This document shows, in pieces, positions 11,626 to 24,080 of a stretch of 64,000 nucleotides of DNA. The notes under the pieces were generated by a model. It searched no databases and was not told where the DNA came from. It worked only from the letters and a program-made list of their open reading frames with translations. Source of the stretch: Macrostomum lignano (taxonomy: Eukaryota); assembly GCA_002269645.1 (NCBI GenBank), contig NIVC01001554.1, positions 146,298-210,297 of the forward strand, in the 5' to 3' direction. The first letter of the stretch is position 1, and each line of letters begins with the position of its first letter. A program made the position numbers and the translations under genes.

Positions 11626-12717
11626 TGCCTTTCTAACTACCTCTACCTCCTCTCCTTACTTATATCCGTCTCTCCCTACTTCTCTATCCAACCTATTTGT
11701 CATTCTCTTCTTTACTAATTGAAGAAACTAAATGGCATTCTATATTCCAACTTCCTCTATTCTTGCACTCGCTCAAAGATTTCGCTGTAGACCTGCAGAG
11801 GCGACAGAGGAAAAGCATCTTGCCAAGAACACACAAGAGTTGTAAATCATTCCCCACACGGCAGCGGATGTAGCAGAAGGTTAAGCCAGCCCGGGTAACT
11901 CTAATAATTCTCAATTGTGCCTCTCCACTATCACTTAGCCGGCCATTTTGTGGAAGAATTCCGAACCCTACACTAACACACCTCACTGCAGTTTGCTTCA
12001 GGCAGTTTAGACCGCCGTGTACCGGGAGAGCAATCTGCGCAAATAATTGTGTTTCTCCCTGCTGCAGCCCTGGATACATTTTCTCCCAACCCACCGGGAA
12101 GAGGGACAGGAAATCGGGGCCGAGGATAAGTTCCATACAGGCGTGCGTTTTGTTGCGGCTTCTTCTAGTAGAGAAAAAAGATGAAAGATTGGGTTTAAAA
12201 GGTGACGATGAATCGGCCACTTACGATTCAATTTGCCCGAAAGATACGGCTAGAAGAATAGATAATAAAGCACGCCCGGCGCACTCCAGAGCGCCGTCAT
12301 TGCAATAAACATAAAAAAATTGGTATTGCTTGTCGCTGAATTTTCTCTTCTTTTTCAGCGAAAGCAAAAGCAAGGAGCGGCCGGGGAGAACACGAAGGAA
12401 CTGCGCACATGCCCGCTTGGCGGCAGCGGCAGCGGATGGATGACACACGCAAACAAATCCACAATGTAGCCAAACTGCATTGCAGCCATAAAACTTCTCG
12501 GCTTCGCGAGAACTGCTTTAAATTAGAAGAATTATTGCTTTGGCCAGGTTGCTGCCTCCTTATCTTGGAGACGGAAACCCAGAGGGAAGGAGCGCCTCTC
12601 ACTTCTGCTGCCTGCAATAATCTGCGAATGTAGCCGAATTGGAAAATTGCTGCGGAGGTCTCTCGATCCTTTTTTATAAACCAAATTGCTTTGCTCCTTT
12701 GCTGGCTTTGTGCTTCC

Positions 12718-12760
12718 TGTCTGTCTGTCTGTCTGTCTGTCTGTCTGATTGTCTGTCTGA

Positions 12761-12806
<46 letters not shown>

Positions 12807-12808
12807 GA

Positions 12809-12850
<42 letters not shown>

Positions 12851-12863
12851 GCTTGTCTGTCTG

Positions 12864-12903
<40 letters not shown>

Positions 12904-12908
12904 GTCTA

Positions 12909-12947
<39 letters not shown>

Positions 12948-12961
12948 GATTGTCTGTCTGA

Positions 12962-13007
<46 letters not shown>

Positions 13008-13009
13008 GA

Positions 13010-13070
<61 letters not shown>

Positions 13071-13075
13071 GTCTA

Positions 13076-13109
<34 letters not shown>

Positions 13110-13130
13110 GTCTATCTGTCTGTCTGTCTG

Positions 13131-13163
<33 letters not shown>

Positions 13164-13166
13164 ATG

Positions 13167-13231
<65 letters not shown>

Positions 13232-13291
13232 GTGTCTGATTGTCTGTCTGTCTGTCTGTCTGCCTGTTTGTCTCTCTGTCTGTCTGTCTGC
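12718..13291. repeat. (TCTG)n tetranucleotide microsatellite with interruptions
   Basis: About 570 nt of TCTG units. Confidence 0.98.
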
Positions 13292-14939
13292 ATGTCTGCA
13301 TGGTAAAAGTTCAGACGAAAAGAAAAGACAAGCTTTTGACAAGAGGACAATCAGCATTTAATTACACTACCAGGATGCAGGCCAAATTAAAATCCAAAAT
13401 AAAGAGGATTACAGCGCAAAGGATAATTAAAGAAAGCAAAGCCATGCAGCTAGCGAGGCGGGGGCAGTCAACCAAATAATTGGCAACAAATTTGAAAGCT
13501 GGCCCAACCCGGGCCAACAATAGAGGAGCAACGAGTAGCAGCGAGAGTGAGCGACCGGTCAAGCAGGAGGATGAAGGGGGATTCGCCGAGGCGTACTGGT
13601 GGACCGCCGCCTCAGCACAGCACGGTTTAATTGGCTCAGGTGGATCAGGGCTGGCGGCCTTTGTGGCCTCCGCTCTCGCCTGGGGGGCCGAGGGGTCGGC
13701 GAGCAAAAAATATGAAAAACTGCCAATGTCCAGCCTCTCGCCCGCATCCTACATTGAGGCAGCTTAAGGACCCCGCCTCGGGGAATGAGCGGAGCTATCA
13801 GCAGCCCCGCTGCCGGGGTCTCCACGCATGGATAAAGCGGCTGGGTTAATAACTGGACACTGCGGCACAGGGCACACGTGCGAGCGGCCGGCCCGCAGAC
13901 TTCTTCATAATTTAATGCTCCATCACTACAGTATCCGCTTATGCTAGATGTATAATCGCCCATTGTCCTTGACCAATGAACCTGCTTAGCCATAACTATA
14001 AGGATTCCCACTGTCTTTGATGAGGACTGTAATTAGCAGGGAGCTACTAAGCAAAGGAATTGGTTTCCCTCCCCAAGCACAATTTTGTTTTCTTATCCTC
14101 CTAGCAAAACTAAAATCTCTCCCTTGTGTTTTAAATCACGCTGAAGGTCATGAAGACAAACATTTATGAAGATACCAACGGTAGAGACATTACATTGAAG
14201 TTACAATTCTTGACAAATAATGTGTATCAATCGATGTATCTATCTAGCTTGTATCTATCCAGCCGACATGACTTCATATGGTGCTCCAATTGCACAAAGT
14301 CTGCAAAGGAAGAATTTGCTGAATTCCAACGATCCCAATAATGCAGGGAACTTGCAAAACTGGCTGATGAGATGAGACTAACCCGATTGCAAATATCTTT
14401 TCGAATAAATTATAAGAATATAAACTCATTCTGAAAACCGAATAATTCGATTGGTGCCTGTCATAGAAGAGGCACAAGATTATCCACTGCGCGTGTGCGG
14501 CCACCAACTGATAAACAATAGATGCCAATCGCGCAATGAGAATTTCAAGGATGGAGGAGGTCTTCAGCCTGGAGAACTGCTCAGCTCTCCACGCATAGAG
14601 ATGGCTATCACTGTGCTGGCTATTGCGCCAGCGCCCGTCAGCTAACATTTAGTTAATGAAGCCAGACTCACCTGCATGCACAGCTATATTCATCATCTAC
14701 TTAACCTGCATCGATTGACCCGCGATGCTTTATTCAGCTAGCTAGTTGAGCAGTCATGCCGATTCCGCTAAGCCGGATACGTACGCAGACTCGCATTTCT
14801 CAGGCATGCCTGCATTCTGTGCCAAGGGACCTGGCTCTCATGGTTGAGCACTGCACAAGCCCCAGGCCAATTCTCGTTCAAGAGCCCTAAAATTAATGTC
14901 ATGATATTAGTTTAGTAAGAAGCATTAGGCTGTGTGCAC

Positions 14940-15330
14940 CCTGGCGCACTTTAAGCGACATTGTCACACAGCCCCCGGGAAGGGACAGCGGCTCTCACTG
15001 CAGTGCAGCACCCGGGAAGGGGCCGGCGAGAGGCATTGCTGCCCATTCCGCCGACTCCCCTGAGCAGGCACACAAGCGCGCGGATACGTACGCAGTCATA
15101 CGCACAGGCACACACTCACACAGGAGTGTACAGCGGCCCTAACTTTATTTATCGTTAGGCATGTACACTTCACTGCGCATTGGGAGTTGGCCCTCACGGC
15201 CGTTAATTGCACGAGCAGAGCCAAGCCGAGATTCCAATTCAGCCCCAAATTAATGTGACGGCACTTGGAATCGAGCCTGGGCCGCTGGCACATCAGAGCG
15301 CCGCGATAGACCGCTGGGCTACGCCCCCCT
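14940..15330 (-). mobile_element. Probable tRNA-derived SINE remnant
   Basis: Minus-strand head GGCG-TAGCCCAGCGG (A-box-like, 15321-15311) ... CCAGGCTCGATTCC (B-box-like, ~15276-15267) at tRNA spacing. Body limits are approximate. Confidence 0.42.
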
Positions 15331-16716
15331 TAACCGTTAAGCTACTCTGCATCTGGGATGCTGAAATCGAAACGAAATTCAAACAATACAAGAATTGCAA
15401 TTTTGATTCATTGCTTTTTCACTAACATAAAAGAAGAAACAATTCTTTTAGTAGTAACTTTGTTAAAGCTAGCAAATAAAAATGCATCAAGTGACGTGTT
15501 TGTTTAATTCAAGTCACCGAATGAACCGAGCTTCGAGCACAAACGCATGCAATAGAGAGACAGAAGGTATAGCATAAACAGCTAGGGGAACAAATATAAA
15601 AAAGAATTACAGTGGCAGGAGGATAGACTGCAATTGCAACAGACATTGAGTTATCAAGAGAGACTTGGACAGCAACAAAAAAGTTATGGACCACGAACCA
15701 AAAAAGAACACGAAAAAACTAGCAGAGCAATAAGAAAAAAACTACTATTACTGTACAATTCAGCTGAAATCCATCATTGCGCTCTCCATTCCAGGTGGAT
15801 GAAGTTGAGGATCAAGAGTGGCGAGAAAGGCAGCTGGATGCAGACTATGGGAGAATCAAGAGTGGGAGGAGCTCCTCAACACTGTAAATCCTCACAATTG
15901 GATGGCATCTGCGAAAAGACTGAAACCAAAAACGCGCGCCAAGAGCGTGGCGGAGAGGGGAGGGGAGAGTGCCGAAAAAATGTGATGGGGCAATGGCCAG
16001 AGCCAGAACTAGAATACTTCGATCACAAAGTCTCCCAGCAAGTGAAAGGGAAAGAGACCTGCAGCTGTTCCAGAACCACTTCATCATCAGAATCTTCGCC
16101 TCTCTTCGCACACCTTGAGATATCACAATTCAAAAATATGAGTCACAACTATAGGATTAGGCAATAGTAAAGAATTGAGTTGCAGCAAAAAATATGGCGA
16201 CTTAGCGAGAGCTGCGAATGAAAACACGGCCACTAAAATTGAGTTATTACTAGAATTTTATTTTTGATTTCAATCATAACGTGACTTAATATTTGAATAT
16301 TCTTATTTATTACTAGTAATGAGGGAACATACACGCGCAACTGCTGGCTGACCTGGCCAATCCGGCCAACGTAAATTGAGGTGGACCAGGGGTAAGTCGC
16401 AAAAATGCCCACCCAAGGAAATAAACGTAGTAGTAATTAGATGACGAAGCATTTAGCCTTAAAAATACAGTCATAGTTACTCCTGCCGTTTACTCAAAAT
16501 TGCGTTAATTTTCTGAGCATTTTCTTCCCAGGTAAGTCGCATGGCCAGTGTAAATCAGGGGGTTTGCGCATGTATGAGAGATAATATGGGTCAGTTGACA
16601 ATTAAAAGGAAATGTGAACTGCATTTCCAAGCCTGTTGATGTCCAAGCTAAAATCTTCAACTCAAGATCCGACTAATCTCGTAAAAATATTTCTTCTGAC
16701 TCAATGAATTTATTCA

Positions 16717-18744
16717 TCAGCAGCCAGTATCGGCTCCGGAGTTCCACGGCCACAGCAGCGCGGGTCCTTCATCATCAGCCTCATCTTGGCCATCGGTCTC
16801 GGCCTCGCCGCCATCCTCATCGTCGCTGGAGTAGTGCCGGTCGCGGCCGCTGCTCGACTCTTCGTCCTCGGGCAGGCCGATCAGGAATTGTCGATCGCCG
16901 CTAAGCCGCAGTCCGGCGGCGATTAGGGCGTCGGCCACCTCATCAGGGGTGGCACTCAGCGACTTCAGCACGACGTAGTTGCACAGGCGGCTGATGGGCA
17001 GGCGCACCAGGTCTCCATAAGGATCATCGCTGTTGCTGTCATCTGAATCGGGCACTTCGGCCGTGCTCCGGCGATGCCGTTCAAACAGCAGGCTGGTTCG
17101 GGCGCATCTGACCGCCTCCTGGGCCAGGTGCTCGTCGCGCGGCAACTCCGTTTGCCATGGGAACTCAAATTTTAATACTTCCTTATATGGCTCGGCTGTT
17201 GAATAGTCGCTGACAGTGTCATTTGGAACAAATGCGCGGCTTATAGCGTGACCAGAAGTATCACTAGGATTTGTGACGTCACCGGAAGTACCAGTATAGC
17301 TCGTAGGGATATCAACGGAAGCACCAATATGATTAGTGACGTCATAGGAAGTCCCAGTACGATTAGTGATGTCACCGGAAGAAACAGTATGATTAGTGAC
17401 GTCACCGGAAGCAACAGTATGATTAGTGACGTCACCGGAAGCAACAGTATGATTAGTGACGTCACCGGAAGCAACAGTATGATTAGTGATGTCACCGGAA
17501 GCAACAGTATGATTAGTGATGTCACCGGAAGCAACAGTATGATTAGTGACGTCACCGTAAGCAACAGTATGATTAGTGACGTCACCAGAAGCAACAGCAT
17601 GATTAGTGACGTCACCGGAAGCAACAGCATGATTAGTGACGTCACCAGAAGCAACAGTATGATTAGTGACGTCACCGGAAGCAACAGTATGATTAGTGAC
17701 GTCACCGAAAGCAACAGTATGATTAGTGTCGTCACCGGAAGCAACAGTATGATTAGTGACGTCACCGGAAGTCTCAATACGTTTAGTGACAGGCCCTGGC
17801 AACAAGGTAAATACGGCAATCTGCGAGCAGTGGCCAATCATCTTCAGGCCGTCGGGCGCGTCGCCAACGCCAGTGAATCGAACAGCGTAGCCGTACCGGC
17901 GGGCGATGGACTGCGACCAGGCCTGGAACTGAGCCCGAGTCCATTCGAATTTGTGATCATGATGCCGCAGGCCAGGAAAGCGCGGCCCGAAGCAGGTATT
18001 GAACTCGGCATTGGGAGTGGTGACAACAACCAGGCCGGGCCTCAGCTGGCCAAACAGGTGGCCGGGCAGCCTGGCCAGCTGGTCAAGCGGCAGGTGTTCG
18101 ATCATTTCCACTAGCAGAGCGGCGTCGGCGCCGGCAAGCCTAGCATCTGGCTCGGTGGCGCAGCCGGCCAGCAGCCTGGCGCGCATTGGCCGGCTCCGCT
18201 TCTTCATGTAGTCGCCGACAGTCGGCGCCAGACTCTGCCTGGCCGCTTCCAGCATCACCGGGTCCTGTTCGGCGACGTAGTCGACTGCCAGATAATCGAC
18301 ATCGAATCGGAGAAACTTCAACGATTGAGAAAACAGGCGGCACTCGGCGGCGCCAAGGTCGATCAGTTTGATCACGCCGGGCCGCCTGCTGTCGTTGCCG
18401 AACCGCTCCACTAGCAGGTCGAACGCGGCCGTGTATCGCTGCTTGTACAGCGGCGGCGAGAAGCTTACAGTTAGCGACGTCGACGATTCGACTCGGTCGC
18501 GATCATCGCCGCCTCCGACTGGCTGGAAGCAGGGCCGACGGGGAAATACGACGCGCTGTGCGGCCAGACCGAGCAGCTGCCACGGAGGCCATTGAGAGGC
18601 TTCGCTTGCTTCGATGGACTCGTACCAGGCTGGCCGGCTGTAGGACCGGTAGAATGCGGTGGAATTGGCGGCTGAATTCGCAGACGCAGCAGCTGACGAA
18701 TTGTCGTCCGGTGCGTTGTCGAACTGGCCGACAGAAGCTGCCTC
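16717..18744 (-). CDS. HENMT1: Small RNA 2'-O-methyltransferase HEN1, main coding exon
   Basis: The frame is open upstream of the ORF-track start to acceptor TTTTCACACAG|GAG at 18744. Motifs: FSPPLYKQRY, IDLGAAEC (SAM binding), EMIEHL, TTPNAEFN, RHHDHKFEWTRAQFQAW, CSQIAVF; acidic C-terminal tail. TGA at 16717 is followed closely by AATAAA. Confidence 0.93.
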   Translation of the reverse strand, partial: EAASVGQFDNAPDDNSSAAASANSAANSTAFYRSYSRPAWYESIEASEASQWPPWQLLGLAAQRVVFPRRPCFQPVGGGDDRDRVESSTSLTVSFSPPLYKQRYTAAFDLLVERFGNDSRRPGVIKLIDLGAAECRLFSQSLKFLRFDVDYLAVDYVAEQDPVMLEAARQSLAPTVGDYMKKRSRPMRARLLAGCATEPDARLAGADAALLVEMIEHLPLDQLARLPGHLFGQLRPGLVVVTTPNAEFNTCFGPRFPGLRHHDHKFEWTRAQFQAWSQSIARRYGYAVRFTGVGDAPDGLKMIGHCSQIAVFTLLPGPVTKRIETSGDVTNHTVASGDDTNHTVAFGDVTNHTVASGDVTNHTVASGDVTNHAVASGDVTNHAVASGDVTNHTVAYGDVTNHTVASGDITNHTVASGDITNHTVASGDVTNHTVASGDVTNHTVASGDVTNHTVSSGDITNRTGTSYDVTNHIGASVDIPTSYTGTSGDVTNPSDTSGHAISRAFVPNDTVSDYSTAEPYKEVLKFEFPWQTELPRDEHLAQEAVRCARTSLLFERHRRSTAEVPDSDDSNSDDPYGDLVRLPISRLCNYVVLKSLSATPDEVADALIAAGLRLSGDRQFLIGLPEDEESSSGRDRHYSSDDEDGGEAETDGQDEADDEGPALLWPWNSGADTGC
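17270..17775 (-). repeat. 30-nt coding minisatellite inside HEN1 ((S)GDVTNHTVA x ~15-17)
   Basis: GATTAGTGACGTCACCGGAAGCAACAGTAT units; the reading frame is maintained throughout. Confidence 0.95.
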
Positions 18745-18955
18745 CTGTGTGAAAATGGTTTTAATCAGCCTTAAATAAAGTACAAATGTACTTTAAAAGT
18801 TTAGATAAAGTAATTTGTACTTTTAAATCGAGCACATGTACTTTAAACAGAGTACTTGTGCTAAGAAAGTACACGTGTACTTTTTTCTTGGGGTAACACG
18901 AGAAATCGAATAAAGTTTCGTCAGCCTTAAAACTGTCAACGGTGCAAACACTTAC

Positions 18956-19163
18956 CGACTCAATCAAGTACTGCTGTTGCTCCTGTTGCTGAGTTGATGA
19001 AGGATCAACCAGCTGGTTTGAAACAGTTGAAACTGACGCCACGGCCGACGCTTCGGCAGACGGGGCGGCAGCAGCAGAAGCAGGCTGCTGTGCGACATCG
19101 GGGCAGTCGCCGCTGCTCAGTGACGCTGTGGGGGTCTGGTGTGCGGGGTGAATGGCGGGTGAC
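18956..19163 (-). CDS. HENMT1: HEN1 upstream exon (Ala/Ser/Gln-rich); 5' boundary uncertain
   Basis: Donor TCG|GTAAGT at 18955, phase 0, in frame with the main exon across a 211-nt intron. Candidate acceptors are AATAG|G (19163, phase 2) and CACCAG|ACC (19135, phase 0). No in-frame ATG. Confidence 0.6.
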
Positions 19164-19247
19164 CTATTCAATATAAACAAAACATATGGCAATTTTTATC
19201 ATAAATATTTAATCATCTGGTGTCTCTGTTACCGCTTTTCAGTGGTT

Positions 19248-21432
19248 AATGGGCGATTCTTAACGGTGTCTAGTGGGCGATTCTCAGCGGTGTCTAGTGG
19301 GCGATTCTTTAGGTGTCTAATGGGCGATTCTTAACGGTGTCTAGTGGGCGATTCTTTAGGTGTCTAGTGGGCGATTCTTTAGGTGTCTAATGGGCGATTC
19401 TTAACGGTGTCTAGAGGGGGATTCTTTAGGTGTCTAATGGGCGATTCTTTAGGTGTCTAATGGGCGATTCTTTAGGTGTCTAATGGGCGATTCTTTAGGT
19501 GTCTAATGGGCGATTCTTTAGGTGTCTAATGGGCGATTCTTTAGGTGTCTAATGGGCGATTCTTAACGGTGTCTAGTGGGCGATTCTTTAGGTGTCTAAT
19601 GGGCGATTCTTTAGGTGTCTAATGGGCGATTCTTAACGGTGTCTAATGGGCGATTCTTTAGGTGTCTAATGGGCGATTCTTTAGGTGTCTAATGGGCGAT
19701 TCTTAACGGTGTCTAATGGGCGATTCTTTAGGTGTCTAATGGGCGATTCTTTAGGTGTCTAATGGGCGATTCTTAACGGTGTCTAGTGGGCGATTCTTTA
19801 GGTGTCTAGTGGGCGATTCTTTAGGTGTCTAATGGGCGATTCTTTAGGTGTCTAATGGGCGATTCTTAACGGTGTCTAGTGGGCGATTCTTTAGGTGTCT
19901 AATGGGCGATTCTTAACGGTGTCTAGTGGGCGATTCTTAACGGTGTCTAGTGGGCGATTCTTTAGGTGTCTAATGGGCGATTCTTAACGGTGTCTAGTGG
20001 GCGATTCTTTAGGTGTCTAATGGGCGATTCTTTAGGTGTCTAATGGGCGATTCTTTAGGTGTCTAATGGGCGATTCTTTAGGTGTCTAATGGGCGATTCT
20101 TTAGGTGTCTAATGGGCGATTCTTTAGGTGTCTAATGGGCGATTCTTAACGGTGTCTAGTGGGCGATTCTTTAGGTGTCTAATGGGCGATTCTTTAGGTG
20201 TCTAATGGGCGATTCTTAACGGTGTCTAATGGGCGATTCTTTAGGTGTCTAATGGGCGATTCTTTAGGTGTCTAATGGGCGATTCTTAACGGTGTCTAAT
20301 GGGCGATTCTCAGCGGTGTCTAGTGGGCGATTCTTTAGGTGTCTAATGGGCGATTCTTTAGGTGTCTAATGGGCGATTCTTAACGGTGTCTAGTGGGCGA
20401 TTCTTTAGGTGTCTAATGGGCGATTCTTTAGGTGTCTAATGGGCGATTCTTTAGGTGTCTAATGGGCGATTCTTAACGGTGTCTAGTGGGCGATTCTTTA
20501 GGTGTCTAATGGGCGATTCTTAACGGTGTCTAGTGGGCGATTCTTTAGGTGTCTAATGGGCGATTCTTTAGGTGTCTAATGGGCGATTCTTAACGGTGTC
20601 TAGTGGGCGATTCTTTAGGTGTCTAATGGGCGATTCTTTAGGTGTCTAATGGGCGATTCTTTAGGTGTCTAATGGGCGATTCTTAACGGTGTCTAGTGGG
20701 CGATTCTTTAGGTGTCTAATGGGCGATTCTTTAGGTGTCTAATGGGCGATTCTTTAGGTGTCTAATGGGCGATTCTTTAGGTGTCTAATGGGCGATTCTT
20801 AACGGTGTCTAGTGGGCGATTCTTTAGGTGTCTAATGGGCGATTCTTAACGGTGTCTAGTGGGCGATTCTTTAGGTGTCTAATGGGCGATTCTTTAGGTG
20901 TCTAATGGGCGATTCTTAACGGTGTCTAGTGGGCGATTCTTTAGGTGTCTAGTGGGCGATTCTTTAGGTGTCTAATGGGCGATTCTTAACAGTGTCTAGT
21001 GGGCGATTCTTTAGGTGTCTAATGGGAGATTCTTTAGGTGTCTAATGGGCGATTCTTTAGGTGTCTAATGGGCGATTCTTAACGGTGTCTAATGGGCGAT
21101 TCTTAACGGTGTCTAATGGGCGATTCTTAACGGTGTCTAGTGGGCGATTCTTTAGGTGTCTAATGGGCGATTCTTAACGGTGTCTAGTGGGCGATTCTTT
21201 AGGTGTCTAATGGGCGATTCTTTAGGTGTCTAATGGGCGATTCTTTAGGTGTCTAATGGGCGATTCTTAACGGTGTCTAGTGGGCGATTCTTTAGGTGTC
21301 TAATGGGCGATTCTTAACGGTGTCTAGTGGGCGATTCTTTAGGTGTCTAATGGGCGATTCTTAACGGTGTCTAGTGGGCGATTCTTTAGGTGTCTAATTG
21401 GCGATTCTCAGAGGTGTCTAATGGGTGATTCT
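19248..21432. repeat. 23/24-nt minisatellite GTGTCTA(A/G)TGGGCGATTCTT(TAG/AACG), ~93 copies
   Basis: Visible tandem repeat with interspersed variants. Confidence 0.98.
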
Positions 21433-24080
21433 TGGCGAAATTTGGCACTTCAACAGAAAGCAGGTGTTTTAATCAGCATTGCAAAAAGCAGTGTAATATT
21501 TAAAATATTTTGGCACCAAAATGGTCCCGTTTAATGTTACTAAAGTAGAAAGTCAGACAGAAGGATGCGGGTAGGCAAAAAATCTCCCATAAACAATGCT
21601 GCATCAAAATCCGCGACATCTGTTAGTTGTGACTTGGAAAATCTTTCAATCTTTCCGGACCATATTGGACTGTGGGCAATGTTTTCACTACCAACAAAAC
21701 TACCAGAGTCAACGTCGGCTTGTGATCCCCCCATCAACTTTTGACTGTTTATTTGGATTAGAATTCGCACCGAGCCGCCTTCTTCTTTTAAAGCTTTAGG
21801 TGGCGCTATCAAGTTACGCTGCCAGTAATTAATATAAAAAATGACACCAAACTCCGGTCTAACATCGATCATTTTTTAAGAAATCGCGCTTTCTGAGAGC
21901 TTGTAGATGCCTAATGGTGTAGCCAATACTGTACTCAGGCACGCACTCTGTGGCCGCGCCCCTTGCCACTTAACTGTCAGCGTCTTTGTATTTTACATTA
22001 TCTACAAATCAAGGAGCTGGCAATAGGCGAACTCATAATAAATAATGATTGCTTTAGGGCAAGAATCAGCTGTTGAGGCCTGAGCCACGGCCCGTAGCAG
22101 GCTTCTGTGAGGGTGTTAGATAGAATTGGCCACTTTAACGGGATAAAGGGGGACAAGACAGAAATCAAATGTTGAACAACCGGCACAATGATTGAATATG
22201 ATTGCGCATCATCGGGTTAACAATTATACATTTGAAAACTAACTATAGACCCTGAAGCCTCACAGGTGCTAGCTACGTTAATTCAGCCGCAATATTTTAT
22301 AGGGGCTCGCACACCGCGGGGGGGGGGCTTGAGGGAGGGACAGACAGACAGCCAGGAATAAGGCGGTGCGAATCTCTCCACTCTCTTAAAACAAGAGAGC
22401 CGACAAAGTTAAAGCAGAGAAGAAACGAAGTGTGATAATAAGAGGCAGAGGTAAGGGTTGGTTAAAGACATGGCCAACACAGGACGAAGACAAAGAATTA
22501 TAGAGCGAATAGAAAAGAATTTGATCTTAAAAACAAGCCGGGTCATGGGAGAGAGAGAGAAAGGGAAGTCTGCGTATTGGGCTATTGACAATTGCCACCT
22601 TGGGGATTTCAATAGTGAAATAAACCGAAACCAGTGGGGAGAAAAAAGTTTCCGGCCAAAGTATTAGCTATCTGCCTAGCTGTCAGTTGTTAATTGAAAC
22701 AGAGACAGAGCGTGGAGCGTGCGGCGGGAATGATCGAGGAATTGCAACGTGCTGTCCTTCCTAGTAGGCTTCCTATAGGCCTATAGATATAGATAGAAAA
22801 CCGGCGAGGTCGCCCGCATTTCTCGGACCGGCCCCGCCCCCCCCCCTCACTCCCCCGACTCGCCTCGGGGGGTCAGGCGCGAGCGGTTTGGCTCTTATAC
22901 TCTATAAATGCATAAACCCACATAGCGAAGAGTAAGGTAAAAATAAGGAAGCATCAACAGGCCGATCCCGCATAATTCGAATTCAATTTTAGCTCGCGAT
23001 CTGTTCTTCTTCTACAAGCCCAAAAGCAGAAGAATATAGAAGAGAACATACGCAAGTCTTTCCCTGCACCGTTTGCGTAATTAGACCGTGGAAAAAACCC
23101 GCATAGGTGTGGGGGGAGGGAGAGGGAATAGAATGGGAAGATTTGGAAGGAGGGCCATCGCGCCGAGTTTTGACACCGCGCTGCGCAGTAGAAGCGGGGA
23201 AATTTAAAAGAGAGAAAAAAGCAGACACAAAGAAAGAGATCGCCACGTCCCGATTAACGCAGGAAAGAGAAAAACACCAGACCGACCTGTTACGCAATGC
23301 ACAACTTTAAGCCTCTCTCACCATTTATATACTTGCATTAAAATAATGGCTGATGTAGAGACAGCGATAACCTACGCTCCCCCATTCAAGCCGTCTTGAG
23401 GAGCTTCATCTTGGGCGCGGGATGCTGGACACACTGGCTTGACTCGAATTCTGTGACGGGAAATGCCCCAAGCAGACCAACACCCCCACCCAGCAAGATA
23501 ATCCGCAAACTGGCAGATTAGCAAATTATATGTTAGCCTTTTCTTCTTAAAAAATTTTCTAAACTAATTGGCCTCTTCTAAAAGCAGTTCCACACAAGAT
23601 TAGAAACACACTCGGAAGCTAACAACCGTCTCTGATAGGAGATCAAGTGAAAACTCAGGTGCGAATTCAACTGTTACGAGTAGAAAGAGAAAGAAAGCGG
23701 CACGTGGCCCCTGCCGAAGCCTTCCTGCTAATGCAGTTTCTGCACGCAAAGATTTCTGCTTGGAGAAATGATCACACACACCTTTGAGCGATAAAACTGA
23801 CAAGCCATTATTACTAAAAAAACTTCATAAGTTGAAATGAATAAATAAAACGCAACAAGAAAGTAAATTTAAACACTTAAAATACGTTAGTCTGCATTTG
23901 GATTTAATTATTAAACAATCCGACATTAATTAAGGTATTACAGGAAAACGTGACAGCGCGCTTTAGAACCATAACAAATCAGCCAATGAGTTAATATAGA
24001 AAACTATAGATCTTTTCTCTAAAACCTCTCAAAGGGGACACACATTATCTATACTGTTTTTATCGCTCACTGAGATCTCA

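Noticed and set aside
12532-13361. QTDR and LSVC repeat ORFs
   Set aside because: Translations of the (TCTG)n microsatellite.
16190-16545. Repeated GGTAAGTCGCA (16391, 16531) and an inverted GCGACTTAGC (~16197)
   Set aside because: Too short to define a MITE or real splice sites; no open exon linked to them.
17241-18114. 288-aa plus-strand and 198-aa alternative-frame ORFs over HEN1
   Set aside because: Shadow ORFs of a GC-rich CDS and a 30-nt repeat; no independent domain.
22790-22910. GC-box and TATA-like patch between ZNF330 and HEN1
   Set aside because: Short motifs expected by chance; the TATA faces the plus strand, where no gene was found.
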